A stretch of 63,282 bases of DNA, filler included, from Octopus bimaculoides (GCF_001194135.2; 3 parts of 3 records of this genome joined end to end with filler, not necessarily neighbours in it), one strand, 5' to 3'. Shown: positions 10,739 through 23,928, numbered from the whole stretch's first letter. Made by a program: numbers and translations. Notes: a model not told the origin generated them from the letters alone.

Positions 10739-11446
10739 AATATACCCTTTCGCTACCTGAAAAACTAGGAAAATGACGGGAAAACTTCAAATTAACTGGC
10801 CACTGAATCGGCTTCCAACATAAAACACTACACACACACACATAAATGAAGGCGACGCAAAAGACTGCTAATTCACTTTCACTCGTTCTAGAAGCTGCAT
10901 TGGAGTAACTATGTGGTCTGTCGTGCTGAAGTTCCTCCAAAGACCTGTTTACTCTCTTGGCTGTTGGTTGTTGAGATGTTTCAATAGTCTGATGACTACG
11001 ATCCTTGTAAATAGCTCGTGACAGTTAGACAAGAAGCATAGAGGCAATAATTATTCAGATCTTCTCAATCACCTATTTTCTAAAGTAAGATAGATTTCAA
11101 TTTCTCCCACAGTGAGAGTATTTTTCTTTCTTTCAAATATCGATTGTAACGAAAAATTAAAGATTTTCTATAGCCACTCTCATATATTAACTGCTGCTAT
11201 ATCATCTTTTCCCGGGATTTTATTTATCTTCATCAGTTTTAAAACATTCTCTATTTTATTGGCCACAATAGGAATTACTTGGTGTAAAAGGTTTCATAGA
11301 CCTCCTCCACCTTCCTTTTGATCGTCACCATCAGCCCGTCTTTATTTTTGAGCATCAGCAACGCTAAGAGTTACCCGGGAAACGAAGCACTCATTTGTTG
11401 GCGAATAAATTATATAGTGCTATCTCTTTCCTGCATTTCTCCAGAC

Positions 11447-11870
11447 CAGTGATTTTCAACTATCTTCTTTTTTTTTTTTACCTATGGACCCCTTTGATTA
11501 CTGTTTTATTCTACTAGACCCCCGTAGTCATTCAATCTTTAAAAAATCTTATTATATTTTAAATTCAAATTACGATAAACGAAAACAAACAAACGAAGTT
11601 TGCTTTTAGAAGCGTTGAGATGTCTTAGAAAGTTAAAGAAGTGATTTTTAAATTCTCAATCGCAGGGTAATGCTAATAATATAGCCTGAACAGGACAAAC
11701 TACCCTTATTTTGCAGAAAAAAGTGTAGGTGGTTAGCTTTATAATTAAATATCATTAGGAATTGTAGAAAAAATGTCAAAATATTTCGTGTGGTGTAGAA
11801 GTATAACCAATTTATTGCAGATAAACTTTAACAATAAAATCTTTTATGGACCTCCAAGGGTCTAGACCTT
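11447..11870. mobile_element. Partial hAT (Charlie-like) non-autonomous element
   Basis: Starts CAGTGATTTTCAAC (Charlie-like terminus) with subterminal GGACCCC motifs near both ends. The second terminus was not found. Confidence 0.4.
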
Positions 11871-12189
11871 TTCTCTCTTCTGCTGCCCACATCACCTTCT
11901 TCAATCGATACTTCTCGAAGTCTCTTTCAAAATGTTGCACGGAATTTTGTTAGTGAACAGGTGGAGGTTTCAAAGCGACGAAAATATTTTGACAAATTCA
12001 ATTTAAATGTTTAAGTTAATCTAACGGTTTTTATGTGTTTTTAAATGGCTTATAAATACCTTCCACGCTGCAATATATATAATTCATATGCATATATAAA
12101 TATGTATGTATTTCATAAAGATGCACAGAAACATTAAAAAAAGAAAAATCTATCGGTATCATATTAATAATATTTTGATAAATCGCTGA

Positions 12190-12860
12190 TAGAACACATA
12201 TTCCGACTCCGAATTACTAGAACATAGCTGGATACAAATATCAGAAATGACCATCAGTTATTAATAGGAACAGGTCAGTTAAAGTTGAAGGCTAAAGCAA
12301 AGAAGACAGAAATTCTTGGTTCAAGAGAAGTTCAAGTATAATACAGTTAAAGTTACACTTGTAATTGAATGTTGAAACCGATTTCTAATGCTTCAGATGA
12401 ATATGATGTAGAAATCAACGGCACGTGGGAAAATGTATAGGAAGAATACCAGAATCTAGTGGAGAGGGTTCTGGATTGAAGAAAAGAAAGCTAAAGAAAA
12501 TGTATTTCGGGTGGAATATGGGAAGTTGTTGAGGCACGAAAGGAAGGAAAACAAATAGCTGAAAGTTGGAGAGGGAATGTGGAAGATTTTGAATCGCTAA
12601 TATTGGAGTTTCGATAGAGAGATGAAAAGATATTTAAGAAGAAACAAAGGAATATCCTTCGAAGAGAAAGCTGATGAACAGATAAATTATTCACTGCACG
12701 AGACAGTTGAGCAATGAGAAAAGTTTATGAAATAATAATTGAGATTAGAAGTAAAGAGAACAAAAACATTATTTGCGTATTGATGAGAAACTAATAACAT
12801 CTGGTGTAAACATCCAAGAAAGATGGAAAGAAGATTTTAATAGAGTTAGTGGAAGGACAA
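12190..12860 (+). mobile_element. Degenerate RTE-clade LINE fragment (end of APE domain and linker)
   Basis: DIRNDHQLLIG...LKLK, WENV, GGIWEVVEARK and IQERWKEDFN match the RTE SDH..LKLK / W..VE.RK / RW.EHF pattern. Many stops. Confidence 0.6.
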
Positions 12861-12984
12861 CCAGAGTTACCCGGGAAATGAAGCACTCATTAGTTGGCTA
12901 ATTAACCAAATTCAAATCATGGTAACTTTGCATAAAATTATTATTTGAAACGCATTGTTTATATTGTTTGTAACAGAGATACTA

Positions 12985-13290
12985 GTGAAAGCTCATGGCT
13001 AAGTGGTTAGAGTATTCGGCCTACGATCGATGTATTCTGTTCTTAAGCAAGACACTTTATTTCACGTTGCTCTAGCCCACTCAGCTGGCAAAAAATTATT
13101 TGTACCTGTAATTCAAAGGGGCCAGTCATGTCACATTTTGTGTCACGCTGAATTTCCCTGAAAACTACATTAAGGGTACGCGTGTCTGTGGGGGTTTCAG
13201 CCACTAACACGTTAATTTCACGGGTAGGCTGTTCTATTGATCTGTTCAACTGGAACATTCGTCATCGTCGTAATCCACAGAGTGCCAGAA
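12985..13290 (+). mobile_element. Sister SINE sharing the family B 3' half but with a different 5' half
   Basis: TGGCTAAGTGGTTAGAG head, CTTAAGCAAGACACTTTA middle, then GTCACGCTGAATTTCCC...CACGTTAATTTCACG...CAACTGGAAC...GAGTGCCA as in family B. Confidence 0.75.
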
Positions 13291-15489
13291 TAGAGATGCA
13301 TTTTGCTTTTGTTTTTTGTTTACTTAAAAACATTTATTCGCGTTTCTTTTGATTTTGAACTTGTTTTGTAAGAATTCTGATCTGAAACCGTGTGTTGAAA
13401 CTAATATTTTCTGTATATTTAAGAAGATTCATTATTAATAAAGCCTCTCACTGTAATAAAGCCTATAAACAGACTAACCGATTGTTGTTTGTATTTCACC
13501 TCTTTCTTATAAAGCAGTTGATGTTTATGTCTCCCCCAAAATAGTTTTCATTATATTATCCAATGAGGAAGTGACAGATTGATGCAGAGGGAAATATGGT
13601 GGCGGAGGGCGTATACATCAACTGCCATCGTATTCAGAGGGAAGAATTACACCATTCACAATGTGTACAGCTTCAACACTTTTCACTCCGTCTGTAAAAA
13701 TATATAAAACATTGTTAAATATTTCTTCCCGGACGTAATGACGCAGCACTGCTTTTCTTTTACTATCGCTGGTCGTGTCTAATGCACAGAACAGATTTTC
13801 AAACTATTCGATTAAATTCCGCCACCTAACATTGTTTAATTGTTCGTTATTGTAAGATGGAGAACGGTGGAAGTAGTATAGTTGCTAAGTCGCAATAATA
13901 GGATCTTCGACTCTAATGCAGTATCTTCTCAGTTCGTGAGAAACGTACAATAAAAAGGCTCTTTTACTTGCATACAGTAAAAAGGTGGAGAAATATGGCT
14001 GCCTTTTTCTTTTTTTCTTTTTTCTTTGTCTGAAAGTAAGCATTCTCTTCTTTTATTCTGTTAGCGCTGCTTCCGTTATCTCAAAACAATACCAGTAATT
14101 ATAGATACTATGTTACATTCTAATGCAATATATCGAGGAAATTAATGTCAGTAAACGTAGACGGTTACCTCCCATGTGAATTTGAAATCAAGAATGGACT
14201 GCTGCTAAGAGCTGTTCAGTTGCCTCTTTTGTTTGTTCCAATAGACTACAACATGAAAGAAACACTCGCAGACGAAAGAAAATCAATTGAAGGATTTATG
14301 AAAATTATCTGGTAAATTTGTTTTATGTTGATATTTAGATTATGCATGGAGCATCTGATGAGATGGACGTGTCCTGCGTGTCCACGAACTCATATATATA
14401 TATATATAATCATGCCAAAGACCTATAATCTTTTAAAGGATGTTTGCGTCCTAGTTCTCCGGTTTATACCAGTTTTCAATGAAAAATTAAATACGTTAGT
14501 TTTGCATTGATGAATATGGGCATTTAAAATATTTATGAATGAGAAAAAGAAAATGGTGATATTGACATACAGGCTTCAGTTTATTCAAAGATATTCAAAT
14601 CAATATGATATGAAATTCTTATCCCTACAGCCGTTTCCATATCCAATTAATTTAGTTATAGAAATTAAATTAAATTAAATTAATTCAAAATTTCCATATT
14701 GAAACTGGTTGAATATCTTTGAATAAATTGATGTTTATATATCAATTTCTCCATTTTCTCCTTTTNNNNNNNNNNATATATAACGTAAGAGAATTTATCT
14801 CCGAAAGTTACCAGGGTAAGAAGGATATATTACATCTGTGACAGCCACCGAGAGTAGAGAGAGAGGGGGGAAGAGAGAGAGACAATACTGGTGAAAGCAA
14901 ACAGGCATATAACTTTTTTGCTACAGATGTCGAACCTGAAAGAAAGGAAACATTTTGTGTTGTGTACCGTATTTATTACAATTCAATGGCTAAACTAGGT
15001 AACCGTAACAAAGGCTATATTTATGGGTTATCTAAGTTGAATTTTGAGCTTTGAAAACTGCTCTATTGGCGGGGGTGAGCAGCGAGGATTTGGGTGTTAA
15101 GTATATCTTGGAAAGACACTCTGTAAAACCTTTGACAACAAGGTGCTGCCCGCTCTTACAGAATTAACTGGAGCAAGTTAAATCGAGAGCTCTGAGAAAT
15201 CGAATGGAAAAAATAATAAAAAATTACAAAAAAAAAAAGACTTGTGAAATACAGGTACCCAGGGTTTTCTAGCCTTGGTATGAATTTATTTCGCCAGTTA
15301 TCGTGTTGTTAAAAAAAATAAGACGGTTTAGTAACTGCGTTCAAGACAATTGACGTTTGATTGAGCAAGCGCATTAAGGAAAAGACAGAGAAGAACACAG
15401 GGGAGATAATTAATTTCACAATTAATATAACCAGTAACTTACGAATATCAAAATTACATAAACCAACACTGGAATGATCTATGATGTGT

Positions 15490-15990
15490 CATATGGTTTA
15501 TCCTTAATTTCCACAAAGATGTATTTTTTTTAAATACGGATACAAAGAAAAAATCTCTTTCCTGGCATTTACAGTCCCTGGAGGTTCTTAAGTTTTTGAA
15601 AAAAATAAAATTTTTGAAGCGAGGACGTAAAACATCTTTTTGACCAATTAATGTAGGGTTTGGTCGTGGAAAGGATTTTCCATTTGATGTTGTAGCTGAC
15701 GTTCTCATCCTTAAGTTTCCAGATTAATGCCGAGAGGATCGTTGTATGTCTCTTCTCAGGGTGTCTAAAGTTTGAAAGATGGCTGTTGTATCAGGATTTA
15801 AATTTTACTTCTGCTGATCCAGTGATATACTTGGTCTCTGTCCGGTCGTTAGCATAGTTTGCTGATACACGTACTTCATAAATGACGGAGCATATATCGC
15901 ATGTCCATCCTGGAGGACGTTTAGATTTACCTCTGCATGTGCATTCAGGACAGGACTGACTCATCGGTTGTTTATTAATACAGACATTTA
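15490..15990 (-). mobile_element. Penelope-like element, GIY-YIG endonuclease domain relic
   Basis: CTCRGKSKRPPGWTCDICSVIYEVRV...TKYITGSAEVKFKS*YNSHLSNFRHPEKRHTTILSALIWKLKDENVSYNIKWKIL...PY matches the PLE C.CR..CP..G.C..VIY..YIG..FK.RY..H..SF..T.LS..IW.LK..Y.I.W.I pattern. Confidence 0.8.
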
Positions 15991-16189
15991 CAATACAGAG
16001 GCAAGAATATATCATTTTAACTGTGTACCTATTAAATATTTTTCTATCCTTATGGCATGTATGTGTGCGTGTATGCGTGTATTGTTAATCTCTAGGTTTC
16101 ATAAGGCCGGTTACTCGGTTTCCATTACGTGTGAGTGACCGCGATCACAACATTACTCCTGAATAGAATTCGTGCAGGCTTCAAGTACA

Positions 16190-16381
16190 ACATTTTTGAG
16201 GGGAGGGAACACGGTGGTTACATCAATCTCAGTATTTGATCGGTATTTTATTTTGTCAAACGTGAAGGAATGAAAAGTAAAGTTGACCTCGAAGGAATTT
16301 GAACTCAGAACGTAAAGAGCCAGACGGATACCACTAAGCATTCTGTACGACATGCTAACAATTCATCCTCCCCACCGTCTT
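16190..16381 (-). mobile_element. SINE family A, diverged copy
   Basis: AAAGTTGACCTCG..GAATTTGAACTCAGAACGTA...CTAAGCATT signature. Confidence 0.8.
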
Positions 16382-16385
16382 ACAC

Positions 16386-16434
<49 letters not shown>

Positions 16435-16867
16435 AGTGATTCTGTTCAGGAAGCCACCGTCTTTATTATGACTAATCAAATTACATTAATGAGAACTTAA
16501 CAACCAACTAATGTTAAATGAGTCAAGTGTATTCAAATTATTCTCGCCATTTCAATCAATCAAGTTTTATATTATGGTGTAATTTCTTAAATATATGAAT
16601 ATTCGTTATCGATGACCTCTGGACCAAGCCGTAAATGGATGATGTTTTGTTGCGTCCGTTATTGACTATATTAACTTGTGATTAATCTAATTTTTTTCAT
16701 TACTCAGAATGCACTAATTATTATTATTAAGTAATTCAAAGTATGTGAAACTTATTACCAGTGTGTATGAGACTTGTAAAGCTTGATTAATTGAAGAAGA
16801 TCAAAGAAAAATGAAATTTCTCTGGGGATTTGTCAAACGACTCATGTCGAATCATATCAATGATCAA

Positions 16868-17528
16868 TATGGACAGCTAGAATTAGATGGAACATAAGTA
16901 AAATAAGTGTACGCAATTATTGTGTTAAGGAATAGTGAGTGAAATAATGCTGCATATGTTATCGAAACATATAAATCTGTTTTAGTTTGAGTAATTGAAG
17001 TATATCAAAGGAAATTGAAAAATATCAAACGATTTTTCATATCAATTCATTACAATAAAACCCGATAGCTTGGACTAAGTGAACCACAAGTAAATTATCT
17101 GAACAATTTCGTTATATATCTCATTGTGCGAGAACTCAGTTAATTGCATTTAAGGTTTTGAGTTATTAAGGCTATGCAAATAAGCGGAGTCGACTGCATA
17201 CACTCACATACACGTACGTACGCACACACACGTACACACGCACACATACATGCATGCATATATGCATACATATAGACACACACACATACATATATATATA
17301 CACACATATATACACACATACATGCATACATACATATATACATACACATATACATACATATATAGACATACATATAAACATGTATAAATACATACATATA
17401 TATAGACATACATACATATACGCATGCATACATTTACACATACATATATATACACATACATACATATACAAATACAAACATACATACATACATACATACA
17501 TACATACATACATACATACATACATACA

Positions 17529-17560
<32 letters not shown>

Positions 17561-18185
17561 CACACATACATTCATAGGTGTTACTTCAATTTTCATTTAA
17601 AGACGAATATACTGACAATTATTTATTTCGATTTATTCAATCACCTGAGATTCAACTATATATGAAGTGAAAAATAATTATTTTGCTTTCTTAATTCGGA
17701 ATTTTAAATGCGAAACCTTTTAATTTGTAAAGAGCAATTATTGACAATATCAGGAACATCATAAGAAATAAACGTCATCTAATTTAAGAATATTTAGAGA
17801 ATACATATTTTTTTCAATACTAATGGAATATCGGCAATAAAGAGGCGAATATAAAATCATATCATATGGCATAACTACTTGGTTAAGCATCTGAAATTCC
17901 TTTGGGGATATGTGAAACGATTGTTCTGCCAGGTAATATTAATTAAAAAAAAAAAAGACGGTTAGGATTGGACCGAACTTATGTAAATTATAGAAACACA
18001 ATTATTGTGTTATAAAGCAATGAGTAAAATAATGTTGCATACGCTATTGAAACATAAATCTGTTTTGGCTTGGGTTATTGAAGAATATCAAAGGGAAATG
18101 AAACATGTCAAACAATTTCCATGTCAGTTCATTACAATAAAGCAAAACAGATTAACTTGGTGAACCATAAAAAAATTACCAGAAT
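16868..18185 (+). repeat. Diverged ~230-bp direct repeat pair (about 16868-17105 and 17958-18185)
   Basis: Shared blocks CAATTATTGTGTTA, AAATAATG.TGCATA, AAATCTGTTTT, TTCATTACAATAAA, GTGAACCA. Confidence 0.75.
17195..17570. repeat. Compound (CA)/(TA)/(TACA)n microsatellite
   Basis: Direct read. Confidence 0.95.
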
Positions 18186-18685
18186 ACATAATGTAATACG
18201 AGTGAAACAATGTTGTTTTATTATTTATTATATATTCAGGCCTATCATGTGCCTGGTGAGATCAAAGATATACAGCAGGAAAGTTACTTTCCATGTTACA
18301 AATTACCGAAGTGTACTTTAAGTCCAGCCTTGCCCGTGTTGCAGATTTCCTTTCTTATTGTCCGGAGTAAAATTAAGAGCCGATGCTAATGATCATTTGA
18401 AAAAATACTACAAGGCATTTTCGCCAACATTCTAACAATTCTACCATCTCACTACTGTCCTGGGCTGTTACTTTATTTATCGACCCTGAAAGAACGAAAG
18501 CCATAGTTGAACTCGGCGTGATTTAAACTCAAAGCGCAATGAACTGGAACGTATAACAAGGTAATATATCCAAAGCTGTAACGATTCTTCTATCAGAACC
18601 GATGGAAATTAAATTTCGACTCATCCGATCATATGATCTTTGACCAATCTGACAATTTCCGATTCTTAATTTTCCAAGCAAACTA

Positions 18686-19763
18686 TTGGGTTGGCAACTA
18701 AGTTCCCGCCGTATTTTTTTAAATTTAAATTTTTTAAAAGGTTTAATAAAAAATAACAACTAATTAATCAATAATGTATTCACCCTTATGGTTTACAACT
18801 TCTTCCCAACGTTCAACAAGATTTTCAATACCTCATTGGTAGAAATCACCCGATTTCGACTCGAAACATTGATCCAACCAAGCTCTCAATTCTGCATCAG
18901 TATTGAACGAAACTCCGTGCATAGCATTTGAAAGAGATCGAAAGAGGTGGAAATCAGTTGGTACCAAATCAGGAGAGTACAGCGGGTGTGGCAGCACTTC
19001 ACAGCTATGCGTTTGAATGGCTTTCTTGGTCATATTAGCGATATGAGGGCGGGCATTGTCGTGCAGCAGAAGAACTCTATGCTGCCGATTAGGTCTTTTC
19101 TCTTGAATAGCCGTGTTGAGTCGTTTCATCCGTTGAACATAGAGTTCCGCGTTGACCGTTTGGTTCCGTTCAAGCAATTCGTAATTGATAATCCCTTCCC
19201 AATCCCACCATACGCACAACATCGTTTTACGCGGATGATCTTGTTTCACGCACGGTGTCGCTTNNNNNNNNNNNNNNNNNNNNNNNNNNNNNNNNNNNNN
19301 NNNNNNNNNNNNNNNNNNNNNNNNNNNNNNNNNNNNNNNNNNNNNNNNNNNNNNNNNNNNNNNNNNNNNNNNNNNNNNNNNNNNNNNNNNNNNNNNNNNN
19401 NNNNNNNNNNNNNNNNNNNNNNNNNNNNNNNNNNNNNNNNNNNNNNNNNNAACGAAGTGCGTTTTTGAGGTCAAAATTTCCATTTTTGAACTTGGCATAC
19501 CAATCACGAGCGGTTCTCTCAGCTATGGCACCCTTTCCATACACAGCACAAATATCGCGAGCAGCTTTTGTGGCCTTAGAACCTTGACATTCCATTTTAA
19601 TGGTCTGAAAATAAACAAAAAATAGCTAAAATTAACTAGAAAAAAAAAATAGATTCCAAAATTATTCAAAAATAGAATTCTCGAAAAAGATAGATTCCAA
19701 AATTTAAAAACGCAGTAAATTCCAAAATTTAAAAAAACCGCGGTAACTTAGTTGCCAACCCAA
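18686..19763 (-). mobile_element. Full-span mariner (DD34D) transposon with TIRs and TA TSD; contains an assembly gap
   Basis: TA-TTGGGTTGGCAACTAAGTT (18684...) and its inverse ...AACTTAGTTGCCAACCCAA-TA (...19765), with the transposase inside. Confidence 0.95.
18790..19595 (-). pseudogene. Mariner transposase, disrupted
   Basis: HTH region ICAVYG..AERTARDWYAKFKNG; HPRKTMLCVWW; HDNARPH-(34 aa)-D in YSPDLVPTDFHLF. Apparent N-terminal deletion after MECQ and a premature stop at 18833 before GIENLVERW. Confidence 0.9.
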
Positions 19764-20044
19764 TAGATACGAACACACCAAGTTCACCCACCAGAGATAT
19801 GTACATTTTCTTATGCGCAATACGTTCTACAAGCCACAAATAGTTCTTTCGATATTTTCAGGGGGTTATGCTATAATTATAGTTTTAATCCTAGAAAGCG
19901 TTGAGCTCACTTGAAGTAGCTTACATGGCAGAATGTCCCATATGACGCCCACATAACCACCAATATACGAGGTAAATTTTTATGGTTCTGGACATGCATT
20001 TCCCACCATGAAATAAATAACAAACATGCAGTTAAATTTGCTTA

Positions 20045-20190
20045 TTCAGCTGGTATTTTTTTTATCGACCCCGAAAGGATGAAAGACAAAGTCGACCTTC
20101 GCAGAATTTGAGCTCAGAACGTAGTGATGGGCGAAATGCCGCTAAGCGTTTTGCCCGTGCGTACTAACGATTGTGCCTGCTCGCTGCCTT
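20045..20190 (-). mobile_element. SINE family A copy, head abutting (AAT)n at 20196-20233
   Basis: ATCGACCCCGAAAGGATGAAAG...GCCGCTAAGC...GCTCGCTGCCTT. Confidence 0.88.
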
Positions 20191-20194
20191 AACC

Positions 20195-20233
<39 letters not shown>

Positions 20234-21483
20234 GGAACAATGGTGATGGAAAACAACCTAGTATTATATATAATAAGTCTGAAATATCTAGCTTGAATGG
20301 AGAAAGCATGTGTATATCAGAAAGTATCATACGTTATTACAGAAGAGATTTATAGCTCAACACCTAATATTGACTAAAGATAGAGTGTGCGCATTTCAGA
20401 CGAAAAATCTTTCAGTAATAGGTTTAACCTGTTATGTAATTATAAAAATTGTCTAAAATATGCATTAAATAACCGATGCTAAAGAAAAAACTTGATTTAT
20501 AAGTGATCAGTAACAACAGGGGAATGTACTACTATTATATCGTTTGTGCAACTAATTTTAAGGCGGCAATATATAATCACGTTTCTTCGCTTAGGCATAG
20601 AAAAGATAAACAAAAGAAGAAAGCGTCACTTCTTTAAGTAAATTCGTATGGATCTTCAAAGAGGGGAATGTTAGTTACGATTTTTAAATGGCCCATAAGT
20701 AATTCACTACCATCTAATAGTGAGAAATTAAAATGTAACCTATACCTCGAGGAAACATTTCATATGTTCATATTTATTCAGAAGAACATTTAACCCCCCC
20801 CCCCGCCCCATATAAATGGAGCACTGATTGGTGCACCCTAATTTAATAGGTTGTGTCTTCCTCCTCAGTCCAGTATATTTAATACACTTAACAGAGCTAT
20901 ATCACATTTTTATACTTATCTAAATTATTACTGTTATTATAATTGTCACTACTGTCGTTGTTATTATTATTGCTATTAGTTTTTTTTTTTATTCCGAAAT
21001 TTGTTTATTTTAAAACTATTTTTATTATTTTTTTATTTTATTCTATAATTTATTCTTCATTTATTTTAAAAATTTATCTCAACCATACTACAATTATCTT
21101 GAAGTTTAAATATTTATTCCCTTAAGAAAATTATTTTTTCCAAAAATAGAATACCTTCCTAAGGGAATTATATTGATTATTCCTCTTTGTAATTCTCATT
21201 AACTCAACTTGTCTTTCACTCATAGTTTATACTTAGAATTAATACTGCTCAAATAATATTTCCTTCACGATGTAAATAATATATCTAATGAACAGCTTAC
21301 CTCTACATGCTTCCGATGTGTATATGAAAGGGTCAATGATGGTTTAAACGCGGGAGGAATTTAATACAATTCTATCATGATTTGATAAATACAGTTTCCA
21401 AGTAGATAAACTTTCCTACCTTCCATACTGGTCAAATATTGTTAGTTTTACTACTATCTACCTTCTTAACATGATCTCCATTC

Positions 21484-23652
21484 CAGGCGGATCTACAATA
21501 TTGGAGCCCTGAAGCTTAAGATGTTATAGGGGCCTCCTTTACAACCAGCGACAGTACATCCAACAAGGGTAAAAAAATTTTCGTGCTCTTGTAGGGATCT
21601 CAAGCCTGAGGCCCTAATAGCCCAAATGGTATAGTTGTGATGTGGAGTCCTTAAAAATTAGTCTGAAAGTGCACCCTCTTCCCATCAGAAATGAGATGTG
21701 GGTAATCACCGATATCTTTGTCGATGTGGTTGTTCTATGGAAGATCACTACAAATATTTTCCAGGCTATGCCTTATATTTTAGAGTTATGGGGGTTGAAA
21801 ATTAGGGAATGTTATATACATGCATGATGCATCATTAAGATACATGTGAAAATTACAAAATACTCTTTTTTCTGTTTTTTGTAGCAACGGTTTTGTCATA
21901 TGACAGCTTCCTTGCAATGTCATTTTTCTAGAGACAATATGCATAAGGAATTTATGTGCTCTTCAGTCATGGTAGACCGAAATTTATTCTTTACAAATGA
22001 AAGCTTTGAGGAACTCTTTTCTGCTTCACAACTCGTGATAGGCATTATGAAGTACAGCTTATGGGTAGTGGTAATATTAGAGGACACTTCAATTAATTGT
22101 TGTCCATAAATAAGCTGAAGAACTGTACATTGTATTTTAGATGGTGTGTTTTCTTCTGTGTTCCGGGATTTCCTAAGGTGTAAATACTCTTTGAACTAAT
22201 AACATTCATTTATTAATTTGTGGTCAATATTGTCTTTGTAATGCGATATCATAAGTTTGATGCTGTTCTCATCAAATTCTGAATTGTTCATCAATTCTGG
22301 GAGAAACTTGAACCTTTTTGCAATCTGCTCATATGGGTCTATCCTCTTGCTTCACTGGATTATCAAGCAGTCATAGACTTGATTTAGAACTTCTCTCCTA
22401 AATTTTTCAACTCCTTTCAAAGAAGCCCTATCACTTGTTCCATCTGTAAATTTCTTTGTAACAATGCGTTTAGAAACATCAGAATAATTTGAGGTGATAT
22501 ATTCACATAAACCTTTTGCTACTGATTCATAATGTACGTTCCTGTCATCTGAATTTTCTTGTAGTTCTTTAACAAATGAAAGCAAAGATGCTAGCAGAAG
22601 GCAACCTTCAAATACATAAAAACCAGGGGTTTGGAGTTTCTGACTTGTTTTGTTAAAACGTTCCATAACTTCTTCCCAAACGACTCTTAAAATAGCATAT
22701 TCCAATTTTACCAGCTTGTGGTATGAATTCTTTGCATCTCGCTTATAATTCAGACTTCTCTTCTGAGTTTTCAAATATATGTTTGGGATCATCACCGTGA
22801 TCATCATCTGCACCAAAAGTGTCAACAGTAGATTGATTATTGCTAAACGGAGCGCTCGTGGTTTGTGCCCTGTCATTGACTTCACTGGTGTTTGTATGGC
22901 TTGTTTCAGTTGCAGGTGATGACAAACTTTTATTTGACATTGTAAAATAGTTTGATAGTTTTTGACACTTAGAAATTTCCTAAGATTGCTTTTCTGGTAT
23001 CTACTTAAGTACTTTCAAGAAGACATTGCTATTCCTCTTGGGGCCTAGGCCTCTGTGAAAAAAATTTGGGGTAATATTTTTGTTAGTTACAGCGAGACAG
23101 ATTGATCAAGTTAAGGGTCCACAACTTAATATATAGTCACAAATGAAGAATTGTTCATTTTGTACAAGGTGATATTCAAACAATTTTAAAGTAAAAAAAA
23201 AATGCTTTGTTACTGAACAGATTGTAAGTCCAAAATTAGGAGGCAAACCCTTTCATTGGTCATTAAATAATGGTAGGAAAATAAGAATTCTTATCTCTAT
23301 CGTGCTGATGTGGTAGTAGACATATTTGACAACGGGAGGGGCAGGTCCGAAGTTTCCAAAATAATTCAAGTAAAGCGAATTATCTGCGAGTCGTTTGTAC
23401 TTTTATTTTTTATGCTACTCTACACCAGCAGAAACAGCAGGTGAACAAATCGTGGCTAGACACTGTGTGTTTAGACTCTGCGTAGGAGTATGATATGATG
23501 TCCACTAAGACTGGGAACAACAATCTGCATAGCAAAATACAAAAACAAAATTATCGACAGAATGAAAAAATTAAGTTGCTTCAGAGGGGTCCCTCCGGAA
23601 TTAGGGGCCCTGGAGTTTAAGTTTCATTAGTGTTATGGTAGATCCGCCACTG
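21484..23652 (-). mobile_element. Internally deleted hAT transposon (Tip100-like) with transposase C-terminal relic
   Basis: Termini CAGGCGGATCTAC and GTAGATCCGCCACTG with subterminal GGGGCCC motifs. The minus strand encodes LEYAIL..WEEVMERFNKTSQKLQ and the hATC dimerisation motif PITSCEAERSSSKLSFVKNKFRSTMTEEHINSLCILSLENDIARKL. No 8-bp TSD recognisable. Confidence 0.85.
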
Positions 23653-23928
23653 AGTGTGATATAGCTTTGATAAGTATAGAAGTGTGTTAAATTTCTTAAT
23701 CTCTGTAGAACTTTAGTCAATCAAATATGGGATTAATACACATAGTCACTACATCGCAGAATTATGTTCCATTCTCTTGTGTTTTATGCTCTACTCTGTA
23801 ACCTTTGACTGAATCTATCCGGTGTTTGAATTTTGGATTTACAAATCGGACAAACTGCAGAATGTAAATTTATGGCCTACGCCGATTACAATCACTCGCG
23901 CTAGACAATTTGGTAGCCAAGTTTTATA

